A stretch of DNA of 64,000 nt from Planctomycetota bacterium (GTDB lineage Bacteria > Planctomycetota > Phycisphaerae > UBA1845): the NCBI GenBank assembly GCA_038043285.1, contig JBBTCJ010000022.1, positions 15,539 through 79,538 on the forward strand. The letters run 5' to 3'. Made by a program: the position numbers and the translations under genes. Below are positions 29,264 to 39,100 of the stretch, piece after piece. Below the pieces are notes generated by a model. It had not been told where the DNA came from, did not search any database, and was given only the letters and a program-made list of their open reading frames with translations. The first letter of the stretch is position 1; the number at the start of each line of letters is the position of its first letter.

Positions 29264-31018
29264 GTGTCTCGTTTCGTGCCCAAGCTCGTCGTCTGCCTCA
29301 AGGAAGGCTACGACGCGAAGAAGTTCGTGCATGACTTGCTGGCTGGTCTGACGGTCGGCGTCATCGCCCTGCCGTTGGCAATGGCCTTCGGCATCGCCTC
29401 GATCCCGGAGAGCGTCGCGACCGAAGCGGGCCTCTCGCCTCCGGCCATGGGGCTGTTCACCGCCGTCGTCGCCGGCTTCCTGATCTCGGCCCTCGGCGGC
29501 AGCCGCGTGCAGATCGGCGGACCCACCGGGGCCTTCATCGTCATCGTCTACGACATCGCCAGTCGCCACGGTTACGGCGGACTGGCGACCGCGACGCTGA
29601 TGGCCGGCGTCATCATCGCCATCATGGGCGTCAGCGGCCTGGGCGGGATGATCAAGTTTATCCCCTATCCCGTCACCACGGGATTCACGTCCGGTATCGC
29701 GGTCATCATCGCCTCGTCGCAGGTCAAAGACTTCTTCGGGTTGGAAATGGGAAGCGTTCCGGCTGACTTCTTTGAGAAATGGCTGGCCTACGCCGAACAC
29801 GCCGCGACGTGGAATCCTGCTACGGTCGGCGTCGGTCTGGGGTCGCTCCTGGTGTTGATCCTTCTGCGAAGGTTCGTTCCGCGCCTGCCGTGGGGCGTCC
29901 TCGGCGTCATCGTCGGAACCGCGGTCGTGGCTGTCCTTCGCCTCGACGTCGAAACCATCGGCAGCCGGTTCGGAAGCATCCCTCGGACGCTCCCGATGCC
30001 CCACTTGCCGCCGATCACCCTCGACCTCGCCCGCAACTTGATCCCGGAGGCCACCACGATCGCCATCCTCGCCTCGATCGAATCCCTCCTGTCGGCCGTC
30101 GTCGCCGACGGAATGATCGGGGCGCGGCACAAGGCCGACTGCGAACTCGTCGCCCTGGGCGTCGTTAACGTCGGATCGGTCCTCTTCGGCGGCATTCCCG
30201 CCACCGGCGCCATCGCCCGCACCACCGCCAACGTCAAGAGTGGGGCAAAAACGCCCGTCGCCGGCATCATCCACGCCCTCACGTTGCTCGTGGTCATGCT
30301 CGCCCTCGCGCCGCTCGCCGGCGCGATTCCCTTGGCGACGCTGGCCGCCGTGCTCGTCATGGTCGCCTGGAACATGAGCGAGATCGACCACTTTCGCTAT
30401 CTTCTTCGCGCTCCCAAAAGTGACATCGCGGTGTTGCTGACCACCTTCGGTCTGACCGTGTTCACCGATCTGACTATCGCCGTCGGCGTGGGCATGGTGC
30501 TCGCGTCGATGCTCTTCATTCAGCGGATGGCCAACGTGGTCAACGTCAGCGCCATCACCGGCGAACTCGCCAACGGCGCGGATGAGCTGGAGGCCGCCGG
30601 CGACCCCAACGCCACCTCGCGGCGTGACATTCCTCCCGGCGTGGAGGTCTACGAAATCAACGGACCGTTCTTCTTCGGGGTGGCCGACCGACTGCAAGAC
30701 ACCCTGCGCGGCCTGGAGAAGCCGCCCAGGATATTCATTCTCCGCATGCGCCGGGTACCCGCCATCGACGCCACGGGCCTGCACGCCCTCCGCGAGTTTC
30801 TGATTAAATGTCGGAAGCAGGGCACCACGCTGCTGCTTTCCGGCGTGCACGCCCAGCCGCTCTACGCCTTCATCAACATCGGATTCGATCACGAGGTCGG
30901 CGTCGAGAACCTCTTCGGCAGCCTCGACGCGGCCCTGAGTCGGGCGCGCAGCCTCCTCGGCCTGCCCGCGATCCCCACCCCGCCCGGTGCGCTCTCCGAA
31001 GTCGCCCGCGAACGATGA
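29264..31018 (+). CDS. SulP-family anion permease with a C-terminal STAS domain
   Basis: Motifs are 'DLLAGLTVGVIALPLAMAFGIASG'-like, 'GGPTGAFIVIV' and the STAS segment 'YEINGPFFFGVADRL...LRMRRVPAIDATGL'. Confidence 0.9.
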   Translation: MSRFVPKLVVCLKEGYDAKKFVHDLLAGLTVGVIALPLAMAFGIASIPESVATEAGLSPPAMGLFTAVVAGFLISALGGSRVQIGGPTGAFIVIVYDIASRHGYGGLATATLMAGVIIAIMGVSGLGGMIKFIPYPVTTGFTSGIAVIIASSQVKDFFGLEMGSVPADFFEKWLAYAEHAATWNPATVGVGLGSLLVLILLRRFVPRLPWGVLGVIVGTAVVAVLRLDVETIGSRFGSIPRTLPMPHLPPITLDLARNLIPEATTIAILASIESLLSAVVADGMIGARHKADCELVALGVVNVGSVLFGGIPATGAIARTTANVKSGAKTPVAGIIHALTLLVVMLALAPLAGAIPLATLAAVLVMVAWNMSEIDHFRYLLRAPKSDIAVLLTTFGLTVFTDLTIAVGVGMVLASMLFIQRMANVVNVSAITGELANGADELEAAGDPNATSRRDIPPGVEVYEINGPFFFGVADRLQDTLRGLEKPPRIFILRMRRVPAIDATGLHALREFLIKCRKQGTTLLLSGVHAQPLYAFINIGFDHEVGVENLFGSLDAALSRARSLLGLPAIPTPPGALSEVARER

Positions 31019-31071
31019 CCGGCGAGTTCGTGGAAGATGAGCGAGCGGCTCATCGACGGTATACTCCTTCC

Positions 31072-32493
31072 ATGGAACAGCGGTCATCGCTTCCCCGGAT
31101 CATTCAAGGCGGCATGGGTGCCGCTGTCTCCAACTGGCGCCTGGCCAACGCCGTGGCACGATCGGGCCAACTGGGGGTCGTCTCCGGCACCGGCATCGAT
31201 ACGGTGTTCGTGCGTCGCCTGCAGGATGGCGATCGCGGCGGGCACATGCGGCGCGGTATGGAGCAGTTCCCGATCCGTCGTGCGGCGGACGAGGCCATGC
31301 GCGGCTACTTTCGCCCCGAGGGCCGGGCGCCGGGCGAGCCGTACAAGCTGCTCCCCCTGTACTGCCAGGTGGTCGCTCCCGCTCGGCGGGAGCTCACCAT
31401 GCTGGCCGCGTTTGTCGAAGTGTTCCTCGCCAAGGCGGGACACGATGCACCGGTGGGCATCAACCTTCTTACCAAGACTCAGTTGCTCACCCTGCCGACG
31501 CTCTACGGCGCGTTGCTTGCTGGGGTCGATTACGTCCTGATGGGCGCCGGCATCCCGCAAGAGATCCCCGGGGTGCTCGACCTGCTCGTTGGGCACCACC
31601 CGGCCCGGCTCCGATTCGACGTGGAGGGACTCGCCTCCGGCGCCGCCGAATACATCGCGTTCGACCCCGGCGCACATTGGGAGACGCTGCCGGAACCACT
31701 GGCGCGGCCGAAGTTCTTCCCGATCGTCGCAAGCAGCTCCCTGGCGATGATGCTTGCCCGCAAGGCGACCGGCCGGGTGGACGGATTCGTGATCGAAGGC
31801 CCCACCGCCGGCGGCCACAACGCCCCGCCCCGCGGGGAGCCGCGGTTCAACGAGCGCGGCGAGCCGATCTACGGCGAACGCGACGAGGTGGACCTCGAGA
31901 AAATTCGTGAGCTGGGACTGCCGTTCTGGGTGGCGGGTGGGGCCGGACACCCCGAGCGACTGATTGCGGCGCGTGAGGCGGGAGCCGCCGGACTCCAGGT
32001 TGGGACTCTCTTCGCCTTCTGCGACGAATCGGGATTCGCCGAGCCGCTCAAGCGCTCGGTGCTTGCCCACGCGGCCCGCGGGGAGGTGGACGTTCGCACG
32101 GAGCCTCGCGCATCGCCCACCGGCTATCCGTTCAAGGTCGTGAATTGGGCCGAGAATCCCGCCCTGGGCGTAACGCGGGAGCGAATCTGCGATATGGGGT
32201 ATTTGCGCGTCGCCTTCCAGGCGGCGGATGGGAAAGTGGATTACCGGTGTCCCGGTGAGCCTGAGGCCGCCTATGTGAAGAAGGGCGGGAAAGTGGAGGA
32301 CACGATCGGCTGCCAATGCCTGTGCAATGCACTGCTCTCCGTCATCGGTCATCCGCAGACCCGTGCCAACGGCACAGTGGAGCCGCCGATCGTTACCAGC
32401 GGCGATGACCTGGCGATCATCGGTGGCTTCCTGCGCGGCCGGACGAGCTACACCGCCGCGGACGTCGTCGCCTATCTGTTGTCGCCCGCGTAG
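31072..32493 (+). CDS. Nitronate monooxygenase / NPD-like FMN oxidoreductase
   Basis: Motifs are 'IIQGGMGAAVSNWRLANAVARSGQLGVVSGTG' and 'FVIEGPTAGGHN'. Confidence 0.8.
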   Translation: MEQRSSLPRIIQGGMGAAVSNWRLANAVARSGQLGVVSGTGIDTVFVRRLQDGDRGGHMRRGMEQFPIRRAADEAMRGYFRPEGRAPGEPYKLLPLYCQVVAPARRELTMLAAFVEVFLAKAGHDAPVGINLLTKTQLLTLPTLYGALLAGVDYVLMGAGIPQEIPGVLDLLVGHHPARLRFDVEGLASGAAEYIAFDPGAHWETLPEPLARPKFFPIVASSSLAMMLARKATGRVDGFVIEGPTAGGHNAPPRGEPRFNERGEPIYGERDEVDLEKIRELGLPFWVAGGAGHPERLIAAREAGAAGLQVGTLFAFCDESGFAEPLKRSVLAHAARGEVDVRTEPRASPTGYPFKVVNWAENPALGVTRERICDMGYLRVAFQAADGKVDYRCPGEPEAAYVKKGGKVEDTIGCQCLCNALLSVIGHPQTRANGTVEPPIVTSGDDLAIIGGFLRGRTSYTAADVVAYLLSPA

Positions 32494-32725
32494 CGTCCCG
32501 TACAGGGTAGGTTCGAGGGGTTCGGGGGGGATTCTGCGCGGGTGGTCACGGAAGGCGCAAGCACCAGCCCTTCCGGGCTTGACGCCGACGACGCCGAACG
32601 AGTGCAAAAAGTCGCACGAAAGGCGTAAACCCCCTCTTATTGATCCGATCCCTCCGTTTTGACATACTATGCCGTGGTGCTGAAGGTACGCTCCGGCGCA
32701 TCCACTTCCTTGAGGAGGGAAAGTT

Positions 32726-35700
32726 ATGTTTTCTCCAATCCGCCTTTTCGCGTTGTTGGCAATTCTCGCCACTCTTGCGGGCGACAGTGTACTTGCTCAA
32801 CCCGAGGGCGGAGAACCCATGAGCCTCGAAACCGCCCGGGCGTGGGTCGAGGCGCAACCCAGGACGTTCGAGAACCAAGTGCTGTTTACGGTGAAGGATG
32901 GTCAGATCGTTCGGTCCGGCCGCTTCACGACGGCCAGCGCGATCTTCGGCGACTTCGACGGCGATAGCGACGTCGATCTTTACGATTACATCGCGATGCA
33001 GATTTGCCTGAGCTTTTCCGGACCCGGAAGCGTCGCCCCTCCCGCTTGCAACGTGTTCGACGTCGAGGGGGACCAGGATACTGATCTGCATGACTTCGCC
33101 GCCTTCGCGGCAGCACACACGGGATCAACAAGCGTCGTGATGGTCGAGGCCGGAAACTTAGTCCCCGTTCGTGCCTCGGCCGATGGGTATTACAGCGGTG
33201 AGCCCGGTACCTCCGGCAATAACGCGCTTAACGGCAACGCTCAGCAGATGGGCTACGATCAAGACGACCTCTGGTACACGTGGTCGGTACAGTCGCAGAT
33301 GGCAGGAAGCGGCGAGATTGTCATTGGAAACACATCGCGTCCACGATCGGCGTTTACTGTTCTTCCGCCGCTTCCGGCAGGGCTCTACGTTTTTCATTTG
33401 TCGGTGGTGAATCTCGTGACGGGGGAATCAGGAGTCGATACGACTATCCTACGCGTAAACGATTGCCTCGCCGCCGAGGATTGCGACGATGGCGATCTCT
33501 GTACGACTGATACCTGTCAGGGTGGCGTTTGTCAGTTTACTGCCCTGACTTGCAATGACGAACTGGCCTGCACGAGCGACAGTTGCAACGAGGTAACGGG
33601 AACCTGCCTGCATGTTGACCTTTGTCCTTCCGGGCAGATTTGCGACTCGAATCTACGGACATGCGTCAGCTCGCCGGAATGCGAATTGACATTAGAAGCC
33701 GACGACATCGTCGGAACGGTCGGTGACGACGTTTGTGACGCGCCTTTGATCTTCTTTACGGGGACCGGAACCCTCATCGCCTCATTACAGACGGCGGATC
33801 GCGTGGATGCGCGCGGTGGCATGGACAGATTGGATGCAGAGCTTAACGGCGGGGTTGTGGCTCCGTCGTTGACGAGCATCGAAACCATCAACATTAGGGC
33901 GCTTACCGCCACGACGCTCAACGCCTCCAACTTCATGGGTGTCAATGCAATCAACTCCGTCGAAAGCCTGGGGACGTTAACCGTCGCTTCGATGCAGGAA
34001 CACACCGACATCGGCCTGTCGGAGATTACCGACGGCACGTCGGGTGTGAGCATCACCTTCGCCACCGCGGTGACCACCGGCTCGGCGGATGCGATTACCA
34101 CCACGCTGACCGGCGCCAATGCCGGCACGGTGACGGTCACCACCGGGGCGACCAACGGGTTTGAGACGTTGAACGTCGCCGGCACGGGCAGCACGGCCAA
34201 CACCCTGACCGCGATTACGCAGGGCACCGGCACCACGATGGTGACGGCCAACCTCGCCGGCGATCAGGCAACCCAGTTGAAGGCCCTGCCCTCGACGATC
34301 CGGTCCTACGATGCGTCGAGCATGACCGGCACTTTGACGCTGGGCAGCGGAACGCGGGCCGACGCCACTGACACCTATGCCTCGTTCGCCACGGTGGATA
34401 TCGCCAACATGACCGGCGGCACGGGCAACGACGTGTTCGTCTTCGGCGCCACGCTGGATGGCAGCGACGCGGATCAAGAGGATGAATGGATCGACGGCGG
34501 TGCGGGACACGATATCCTACAAATGACGATTTCGAGTAGCCGGGGTGGGCTGTTGCCCATCAGAAACATCGAGGAGCTTCGGGTCAACGCCTCGGCGAGC
34601 AGCTCGTCGTTCAGCCTGCTCAATGTCAGCGGCGTCAGCACCGTCACCGTCGAGTCGGACGACACGGCCAACACCATGACCGTGGACAACGTCCCGGTGA
34701 CCAGCACGGCGCAGACCTGGCCGACGCTGGCCTTCCGCGGCGACGGAACCCAGGCTGCCCAGACGTACGACACCATCACCTTCAACGGCTTCGGCGCCTC
34801 GGCTTCGGCCGGGGACAGTATGGCTGTGAACTTCGCCAACCGCGGCACGCCCCTCAACAGCTCGGGCACGACCAACGCCCACACCGTCACCTCGATGACC
34901 GTCGGAAGCAGTTCGTCGACGGGTATGGAAACCTTGACGATCACCGCGGCCGACGGCCCGTTGAGCGTGACCTCGACCACCACCTGCTTCTCCTGCATGG
35001 GCATCACCGTGACGGGTAGCTCGAACGTGGGTCTGGGCACGATGACCGGAACCGCCGACAGCGTCACGTCGCTGACCGCGACGGGCGTGACCGGCAACTT
35101 CACCGCCACCATCGACAACATGAACGGTGGAACGATCCAGCTCGGCACGGGCAACGACACGGTCGACACGACCGGTTCGGCGGCGTCGGCCATGGTCATT
35201 CAGGGAGGCGCAGGCAACGATACCCTCACCGGTGCGGGAGGTTCCGACAATATTCTGGGAGGTCGGGGCACCGACACCCTCGTGGGTGCGGCGGGCGCCG
35301 ATATGCTTAGCGGTGGTGACGACAACGACACCATCCAGGGCGATGGAAGCTCGGACACGATTACCACCGGAAACGGCGCGGATACGGTGGTTCTGACAAC
35401 CGTGGCTGCGGATTCAGCCAACGCGGATACCATCAGCGACTTCACCGCCGGCTCCGGCGGTGACCAGCTCGATATGGACATCTCGGCCCTCGAAACCAGC
35501 GGCGCGACGGACGCCAACGAGGCGGTCAACTTCGTCGAGCTTCAGGACGGTTCGGCGGTGGTGGATACCAATTCGATCGTGATCCAGGAGCTGACGCTTG
35601 ACGCCGCCGCAGGTGCGGTGGCGACGGTTGCGAACACCAACGTGTTCGTGGTGATTGGGACAGTCGCCAGCACGTCAGTGCTGGAGACGGCGCTCGAGGC

Positions 35701-35941
35701 CGGCGGTGACGTCGAGCTGACGATCGCGGCGGCCGGCGGCGACATCACCAGTTGTTTCCCGGTTGTCTACAGCAACGCGACGGACGCCTTCCTGGCGATC
35801 TGCTTCGCGGAAACCGAGGGCGTGGACGACACGAACTTCGAGGCGGCTGACCTCGTGTGCATCAACATCGCCAAGATGTCGAGCAACGCGGCCATCACCG
35901 CCAGCGAGTTCGTGGCGGCCAACTTCGACTTCGTGCCGTAA
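32726..35941 (+). CDS. Large secreted protein: signal peptide, dockerin-like Ca motifs, Cys-rich module, Thr/Gly/Ser-rich beta-rich region and RTX (GGxGxD) repeats
   Basis: A gaggaggga SD precedes the ATG. Dockerin-like motifs are 'GDFDGDSDVDLYDY' and 'DVEGDQDTDLHDF'. The Cys-rich module is 'CDDGDLCTTDTCQGGVCQF..CNDELACTSDSCNEVTGTC'. The RTX block is 'GGAGNDTLTGAGGSDNILGGRGTDTLVGAAGADMLSGGDDNDTIQG'. Confidence 0.8.
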   Translation: MFSPIRLFALLAILATLAGDSVLAQPEGGEPMSLETARAWVEAQPRTFENQVLFTVKDGQIVRSGRFTTASAIFGDFDGDSDVDLYDYIAMQICLSFSGPGSVAPPACNVFDVEGDQDTDLHDFAAFAAAHTGSTSVVMVEAGNLVPVRASADGYYSGEPGTSGNNALNGNAQQMGYDQDDLWYTWSVQSQMAGSGEIVIGNTSRPRSAFTVLPPLPAGLYVFHLSVVNLVTGESGVDTTILRVNDCLAAEDCDDGDLCTTDTCQGGVCQFTALTCNDELACTSDSCNEVTGTCLHVDLCPSGQICDSNLRTCVSSPECELTLEADDIVGTVGDDVCDAPLIFFTGTGTLIASLQTADRVDARGGMDRLDAELNGGVVAPSLTSIETINIRALTATTLNASNFMGVNAINSVESLGTLTVASMQEHTDIGLSEITDGTSGVSITFATAVTTGSADAITTTLTGANAGTVTVTTGATNGFETLNVAGTGSTANTLTAITQGTGTTMVTANLAGDQATQLKALPSTIRSYDASSMTGTLTLGSGTRADATDTYASFATVDIANMTGGTGNDVFVFGATLDGSDADQEDEWIDGGAGHDILQMTISSSRGGLLPIRNIEELRVNASASSSSFSLLNVSGVSTVTVESDDTANTMTVDNVPVTSTAQTWPTLAFRGDGTQAAQTYDTITFNGFGASASAGDSMAVNFANRGTPLNSSGTTNAHTVTSMTVGSSSSTGMETLTITAADGPLSVTSTTTCFSCMGITVTGSSNVGLGTMTGTADSVTSLTATGVTGNFTATIDNMNGGTIQLGTGNDTVDTTGSAASAMVIQGGAGNDTLTGAGGSDNILGGRGTDTLVGAAGADMLSGGDDNDTIQGDGSSDTITTGNGADTVVLTTVAADSANADTISDFTAGSGGDQLDMDISALETSGATDANEAVNFVELQDGSAVVDTNSIVIQELTLDAAAGAVATVANTNVFVVIGTVASTSVLETALEAGGDVELTIAAAGGDITSCFPVVYSNATDAFLAICFAETEGVDDTNFEAADLVCINIAKMSSNAAITASEFVAANFDFVP

Positions 35942-35971
35942 TGACGTATGGTGCATCTTGATGCACCAAGC

Positions 35972-35993
35972 GTAGGGTGGGCATCGCCCACCA
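35972..35993 (+). terminator. Post-stop hairpin (AGCGTAGGGTGGGCA family)
   Basis: The hairpin is ggtgggc-atc-gcccacc, ~30 nt after the stop. It is preceded by a second hairpin, ggtgcat/atgcacc, at 35950-35967. Confidence 0.45.
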
Positions 35994-36168
35994 CGGAGCG
36001 ACCCAAAGATTGACCTGCTTCTCTGCTTGACTCCGGTTCGTAAGTTTTGTATTTGTTAGGTTTTGCGTGTTTCAAGGAAGGAGACGCGAGATGCCTGGCG
36101 ATCGAAGCAAACGGCCGATTCCGGGGGCAATGGACGTGGGCACGTTGCAGCTGAAAATCGGGGCGTGC

Positions 36169-39100
36169 ATGAGCAGTCCCGGCTCAGTGTGGCGGCAAAC
36201 TGCGTTTCTCTTGGCCCTGTTGAGCCGGTCGGCGCTTCCGTCGCCGGCGAGCGTGGAGGATGTGGATCGGCTGATGAACCTCGCCAAGGCCCATTTGGAG
36301 AATCGGGAGTCCGCCAAGGCCGTCGAAGTTCTGGCGGAGTTGTTGAAAGCCGACCCCACTTCGACAGCAGCCTTGCGTAACCTGGCGCGCGCGCACTTGA
36401 TCGCCCGGCGGTACGAGGCCGCCGTCGAGGCGCTCGCCCAAGCAGAGAAGATGGAGCCGAACTCACCGGCGACGGCGTACCTGAAGGGGTTGGCGCTGCT
36501 TCGCCTATCGCGGTTCGATCAGGCGATCGGTCCGCTCGAAACCGCCGTCCGCGGCGACCCGAATACGGGGGCGCTACGCTATCAATTGGCCTGCGCCTAC
36601 GAAGGAGTCGGCGGCGACGAGAAAGCGGGTCAACAATTTCACGAGACCCTGCGCCTGGATCCGCTCCACGCCGGCGCGTATTTCAAGCTTTCGGCACAGG
36701 CGCGGAAGGCGAATCAACCGGAAGAGGCCCAGAAGTATCAGAACGAGTTCGTCCGCTTGCGACGGTTGCTTGGTGAGGCCGCCCGGTCCGCGGAGGCCTT
36801 CGAGCAGTGCGGTCATACGCGTCCCGAGGGAGCGGCGATCCCGGCGCGGCGGGGCGATCGGGGAGCGACGAAGGCGGCGCTGGAAGTGCGTTTTGAAGAC
36901 GCGACCGAGGCCGTATTTCCAGCGGGCGTCGCGCGAGGCGCTGCCACCGCGGCTGTCGTCGAGGTTGACGCGGAAGGGGGCTGCGCGATCTTCGCCGCCG
37001 ATGGCGACGGCGGGCTGAGTGTCCTGCGGCTGACCGGGCTCGTCGCCGGCGCTCCGGGTTCGGACGAAAAAGCCGCCGGGGGGGTTTTCGAGCGGAAGGT
37101 GATGGAGAGTCCCGGCGCGCCGGGATTGAAGGATCGCGTGCGGGCGTTCGCCGCGGATTATCATGACGACGTTCCGCCCGGCGTGCGATACGACGCCAAG
37201 CTTCATGCGCTCACGGACGTTCTTCTTGTCGGGTCGGAGCGGTTGTATCTCTTGAAGCAGACGGCGCCGGGCGTATTCAGCGACGTGACCGGACAATCCG
37301 GCCTGCCCGAAGGCGGGGCGAACGCGGCCCGATGGTTGGACTACGAACACGACGGCGACGTGGACCTGATGCTCGCTGGGCACGACGGTTTGCAGTTGTG
37401 GCAGAACAACGGCGATGGTCGGTTTGAGAATGCGACGGAGCGCGTCGGCATTCAGCCCACGGGGCCGGCGGTGGACGCGGCCATCGGGGATCTCGACGGA
37501 AACGAAGCCGTCGATTTCGTGGTGGCCCGGGGGAAGGCCCCCACGCTGGTCTATCTCAATCAGCGCGCCGGCCGGTTGGCGCTGATGAGCGAGCCGCCCG
37601 GCCCTTGGCCGCCTGCAAGTCGGGCGATCATCAACGACTTCGACAACGACGGTCTTCTGGACACCGTTCTCCTTGGCCGGAAGGAGGCCACGCTGCGGTT
37701 CGGCGGCGCGGGGGAGACGATTCGGATGGACCTCGGCAGTTTAGATGCCACAGCCGTGGCACCGATAGATCACGACAACGACGGTTGGCTCGATCTCTGT
37801 TTTGCCGGCGGCTTCGAGACCCCTGCGGAGTCGCGGGGCGCCGGGATCCGACTGTTTCGGAATCCGGGGTTCCATGCATCGCCGCCGCCCGAGTGGCGCG
37901 ACGTATCGGAGCCGACGAAGCTCGCCGATCTGAACTTGCCGCCCATCCGCGACGCCATCGCCGCGGACATCGACGGCGACGGCGACTCTGATCTGTTGCT
38001 CACCGATGCGGGCGACCGACTGCACTTTCTGCGGAACGCGGGCGCTCACGCGAATGGTCAGTTGAAGATCCGCCTGCTGACCGTCAAGACAAACCCCACG
38101 GGCATCGGCACGCACATCGAACTGCGGAAAAACGATTTTCGGATCGTTCGACAGGTGAACGAGCTGCCCATCGAGATCGGAGTCGGCGGGCGAAAGACCC
38201 TCGATTCGCTTCAGACCATTTGGACGAACGGCGTGGTTGACAATCAGATCGACGCGACGGTCGGCAACGCTCCACAGACGGTCATCGAAAAAAACGTGGC
38301 CACCGGCTCGTGCCCGTTCCTCTATGCCTGGGACGGCAAACGCTTCCGGTTCGTGACCGACGTCCTGGGGAATTCTCCACTGGGGCTTTCGCTACGGCGA
38401 GACGTGATGCTGCCCGCGGATCCGGACGAGCTTGCGCTCATCGGCCCCGCCGACGGCTTCCCGCCGCAGGACGGCGCGTACACTGTTGCGGTGACCTCGG
38501 AGTTCTGCGAGGTGCTCTACCTTGATTTCGTGCGGCTTCTGGCCGTCGATCATCCTGCGGACGTGGAAGTGCATTCGACGGACAAGATCATGCCGCCGCC
38601 GTTCGCGCCTTCGGAGGTGTGGGCTTTGGGGAACCCGCGGAGGCTGATTCGCGCGGAAGGCAGCGACGGGCAAGATCGAACCGAGGCCCTCCGCGCCGCG
38701 GACGGAGTTTTTGCCCCGCCGGGCCTGGCCCTGCCGCCCCCTTTCCGCGGAATGTGCCACCATCTGTCACTGACGCTCGATTTCGGCCCGCTCGATACCG
38801 ATCGACCGCTGGTGCTGGCGCTGACCGGCTGGCTCCAGTACGGGCAGGCCAGCACCAACATCGCCTTGTCGCAGAGTTCGCGGGTCGAGGTCATTCCTCC
38901 GGTCCTGGAAGTGGAAGCGGCGGACGTCGCCTGGGTTCCCCTGGATGTCACCGTCGGCATACCGGCGGGGAAGACGAAGACGATTCTCTGCGATCTTTCC
39001 GGCAAACTTCCATCCGGCGCGCGTCGGCTCCGATTGACCAATACGTTTGAAATCCGGTGGGATCGTGCGGCTCTGTTCGAGCGGCGAACGCTTTCGCCTG

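Noticed and set aside
30808-31071. Upstream extension of the NMO-like ORF
   Set aside because: It overlaps the sulP 3' end and is Arg/Pro-rich. The ATG at 31072 precedes the conserved 'IIQGGMG' motif.
28568-31087. 839-aa ORF on the minus strand
   Set aside because: It lies antisense to the well-supported EamA and SulP genes. Its composition is extremely rich in Arg, Gly, Asp and His, with no recognisable motifs. This is a typical high-GC shadow ORF.
31084-32772. 562-aa ORF on the minus strand
   Set aside because: It lies antisense to the nitronate monooxygenase-like gene and has Arg/Gly-rich composition.
33900-35400. Repetitive-looking DNA considered as a possible CRISPR or tandem-repeat array
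   Set aside because: The periodicity comes from Thr/Gly/Ser/Ala-rich and GGxGxD coding repeats within one continuous ORF. There is no repeat-spacer architecture.
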